A DNA stretch of 9,766 bases from a virus. Lineage: Duplodnaviria; Heunggongvirae; Uroviricota; Caudoviricetes. Shown piece after piece: positions 7,115 to 9,766 of this stretch. Positions within the stretch are counted from its first letter, which is position 1. Each line of letters begins with the position of its first letter. Under the pieces are notes generated by a model, which was not told where the DNA came from, searched no databases, and saw only the letters and a list, made by a program, of their open reading frames with translations. The position numbers were made by a program, and so were the translations under genes. The stretch is taken from the IMG/VR virus record IMGVR_UViG_2695420792_000004; one strand, 5' to 3'.

Positions 7115-7434
7115 GCCAATGGAATGGATTCCCCTTTAACCTTTTGTCTTCCTTGACAAGTTATACCGAACTCACCTGGCTTGCTATACCAAACTCGATG
7201 ATTCTTGCGCTCAATACGTTGCAGGTTGCTTTCAATCTGTTCGTGGTATTCAGCCAGCACCGTAAGGTCTATCGGATTCAGTGCGCTTTCTACTCGTGAT
7301 TTCGGTTTGCGATTCAGCGAGAGAATAGGGCGGTTAACTGGTTTAGCGCTTACCCCAACCAACAGGGGATTTGCTGCTTTCCATTGAGCCTGTTTCTCTG
7401 CGCGACGTTCGCGGCGGCGTGTTTGTGCATCCAT
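7111..7434 (-). CDS. N: Antitermination protein N (107 aa)
   Basis: From the ATG at 7434: MDAQTRRRERRAEKQAQWKAANPLLVGVSAKPVNRPILSLNRKPKSRVESALNPIDLTVLAEYHEQIESNLQRIERKNHRVWYSKPGEFGITCQGRQKVKGESIPLA, with the Arg-rich boxB-binding motif at the N-terminus. The track ORF (7111-7566) has a spurious upstream extension. The C-terminal ~30 residues differ from lambda N as I recall it. Confidence 0.93.
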   Translation of the reverse strand: MDAQTRRRERRAEKQAQWKAANPLLVGVSAKPVNRPILSLNRKPKSRVESALNPIDLTVLAEYHEQIESNLQRIERKNHRVWYSKPGEFGITCQGRQKVKGESIPLA

Positions 7435-7591
7435 CTGGATTCTCCTGTCAGTTAGCTTTGGTTGTGTGTGGGAGTCGTAGTCCTGAACGAAAACACCCCG
7501 CAATGGCACATTGGCAGCTAATCCGGATTCGCACTTCCGGCCAATGCTTCGTTTCGTATCACACACACCAAAGCCTTCTGCTTTGAATGCT

Positions 7592-7622
7592 GCCCTTCTT
7601 CAGGGCTTAATTTTTAAGAGCC
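7592..7622 (-). promoter_or_regulatory. nutL site (boxA and boxB) for N-dependent antitermination
   Basis: Minus strand reads GGCTCTTAA (boxA-like, 7614-7622) then GCCCTGAAGAAGGGC (boxB, 7592-7606, the lambda nutL boxB sequence with the GAAGAA loop). Confidence 0.85.
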
Positions 7623-7662
7623 TCACCTTCAATGGTGGTCAGTGCGTCCTGCTGATGGCTTA

Positions 7663-7735
7663 AAATTACAAGGAAGATTGTATGTTGTAAACAAGAAATA
7701 TTGTAAAAAGGGGCGTGAAAAACAAACTCCATTGT
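7663..7735 (-). promoter_or_regulatory. pL promoter and OL operators of 434-immunity type
   Basis: Three 14-bp ACAA-N6-TTGT sites: ACAAGGAAGATTGT (7668-7681), ACAAGAAATATTGT (7691-7704), ACAAACTCCATTGT (7722-7735). Candidate leftward promoter on the minus strand: -35 TTTACA (7691-7686), 17-nt spacer, -10 TAATTT (7668-7663). Confidence 0.75.
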
Positions 7736-7785
7736 TTTTAAACGGAAAATAGTTTGTTTTTTTGTTATCGAGATTGAGGTGGGGA

Positions 7786-9138
<1,353 letters not shown>

Positions 9139-9146
9139 GACATTCC

Positions 9147-9178
9147 CGCTCTTACACATCCCAGCCCTGAAAAAGGGC
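9147..9178 (+). promoter_or_regulatory. nutR site (boxA CGCTCTTAC and boxB GCCCTGAAAAAGGGC), followed by the tR1 region
   Basis: boxA at 9147-9155 and boxB at 9164-9178, matching lambda nutR. An inverted repeat (TGTATGCA...TGCATACA) lies downstream in the tR1 region. Confidence 0.85.
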
Positions 9179-9257
9179 ATCAAAATAAACCACACCTATG
9201 GTGTATGCATTTATTTGCATACATTCAATCAATTGTTATCTAAGGAAATACTTACAT

Positions 9258-9551
9258 ATGGTTCGTGCAAACAAACGCAACGAGGCTCTACGAATCGAGA
9301 GTGCGTTGCTTAACAAAATCGCAATGCTTGGAACTGAGAAGACAGCGGAAGCTGTGGGAGTTGATAAGTCGCAGATCAGCAGGTGGAAGAGGGATTGGAT
9401 TCCAAAGTTCTCAATGCTGCTTGCTGTTCTTGAATGGGGTGTCGTCGACGACGACATGGCTCGATTGGCACGACAAGTTGCTTCGATTCTCACCAATAAA
9501 AAACGCCCGGCGGCAACCGAGCGTTCTGAACAAATCCAGATGGAATTCTGA
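9258..9551 (+). CDS. cII: cII transcriptional activator (97 aa)
   Basis: From the ATG at 9258 (SD AAGGA at 9242-9246): MVRANKRNEALRIESALLNKIAMLGTEKTAEAVGVDKSQISRWKRDWIPKFSMLLAVLEWGVVDDDMARLARQVASILTNKKRPAATERSEQIQMEF is near-identical to lambda CII as recalled. The track ORF starts 20 codons upstream (spurious). Confidence 0.95.
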   Translation: MVRANKRNEALRIESALLNKIAMLGTEKTAEAVGVDKSQISRWKRDWIPKFSMLLAVLEWGVVDDDMARLARQVASILTNKKRPAATERSEQIQMEF

Positions 9552-9573
9552 GGTTATTACTGGAACTATCAAC
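9497..9573 (-). ncRNA. oop: OOP antisense RNA (~77 nt), overlapping the 3' end of cII
   Basis: Minus strand reads GTTGATAGTTCCAGTAATAACCTCAGAATTCCATCTGGATTTGTTCAGAACGCTCGGTTGCCGCCGGGCGTTTTTTATT, closely matching lambda oop RNA as recalled, including the terminal GC hairpin and U-tract. Confidence 0.7.
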
Positions 9574-9583
9574 AGGAGTCATT

Positions 9584-9766
9584 ATGACAAATACAGCAAA
9601 AATACTCAACTTCGGCAGAGGTAACTTTGCCGGACAGGAGCGTAATGTGGCAGATCTCGATGATGGTTACGCCATGAACCGCCCCGGGTTTCCTGGAGAG
9701 TGTTTTATCTGTGAACTCAGGCTGCCAGATCATCGTTTCCGATGGAAGCATAATAAGCTTTTTCTG
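9584..9766 (+). CDS. Replication initiator O-like protein, 5' partial (runs off the window end)
   Basis: ATG at 9584 with SD AGGAG at 9574-9578; open through 9766. First ~30 residues MTNTAKILNFGRGNFAGQERNVADLDDGYA match lambda O as recalled; the remainder (MNRPGFPGECFICELRLPDHRFRWKHNKLFL...) does not. Confidence 0.55.
   Translation, partial: MTNTAKILNFGRGNFAGQERNVADLDDGYAMNRPGFPGECFICELRLPDHRFRWKHNKLFL

Noticed and set aside
6657-7586. Plus-strand track ORFs 6657-6890, 7012-7299, 7205-7387, 7371-7586 and the upstream extension of N (7435-7566)
   Set aside because: These are antisense to the 293-aa gene or to N. The N extension lacks an RBS and runs into the nutL-N leader; N is taken to start at MDAQTRRRERR (7434).

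Overview
This window is the early-left and immunity portion of a lambda-backbone (lambdoid) phage or prophage. It runs from the int stop codon through int-xis, a b-region of small ORFs, the Red module exo-bet-gam, kil-cIII-ea10, N with nutL, a phage-434-type immunity region (cI, cro, ACAA-N6-TTGT operators), nutR, cII, the oop antisense RNA and the 5' end of an O-like replication gene. Three AT-rich, non-lambda-looking cargo modules interrupt this backbone: (i) a 293-aa gene whose ATG overlaps the N stop, in the position lambda uses for ral/sieB; (ii) a signal-peptide protein gene whose ATG overlaps the cI stop, in the position lambda uses for rexAB; (iii) a divergently oriented 3-TM membrane protein gene between xis and a TraR-like ORF. 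These are the best candidates for undescribed accessory (defence or exclusion) functions; none can be assigned a function from sequence alone. No rRNA, tRNA, CRISPR array or transposase was seen. All family assignments come from reading the translations and recalled knowledge of lambda and 434, not from a database search. Base composition statements are by eye, not computed.
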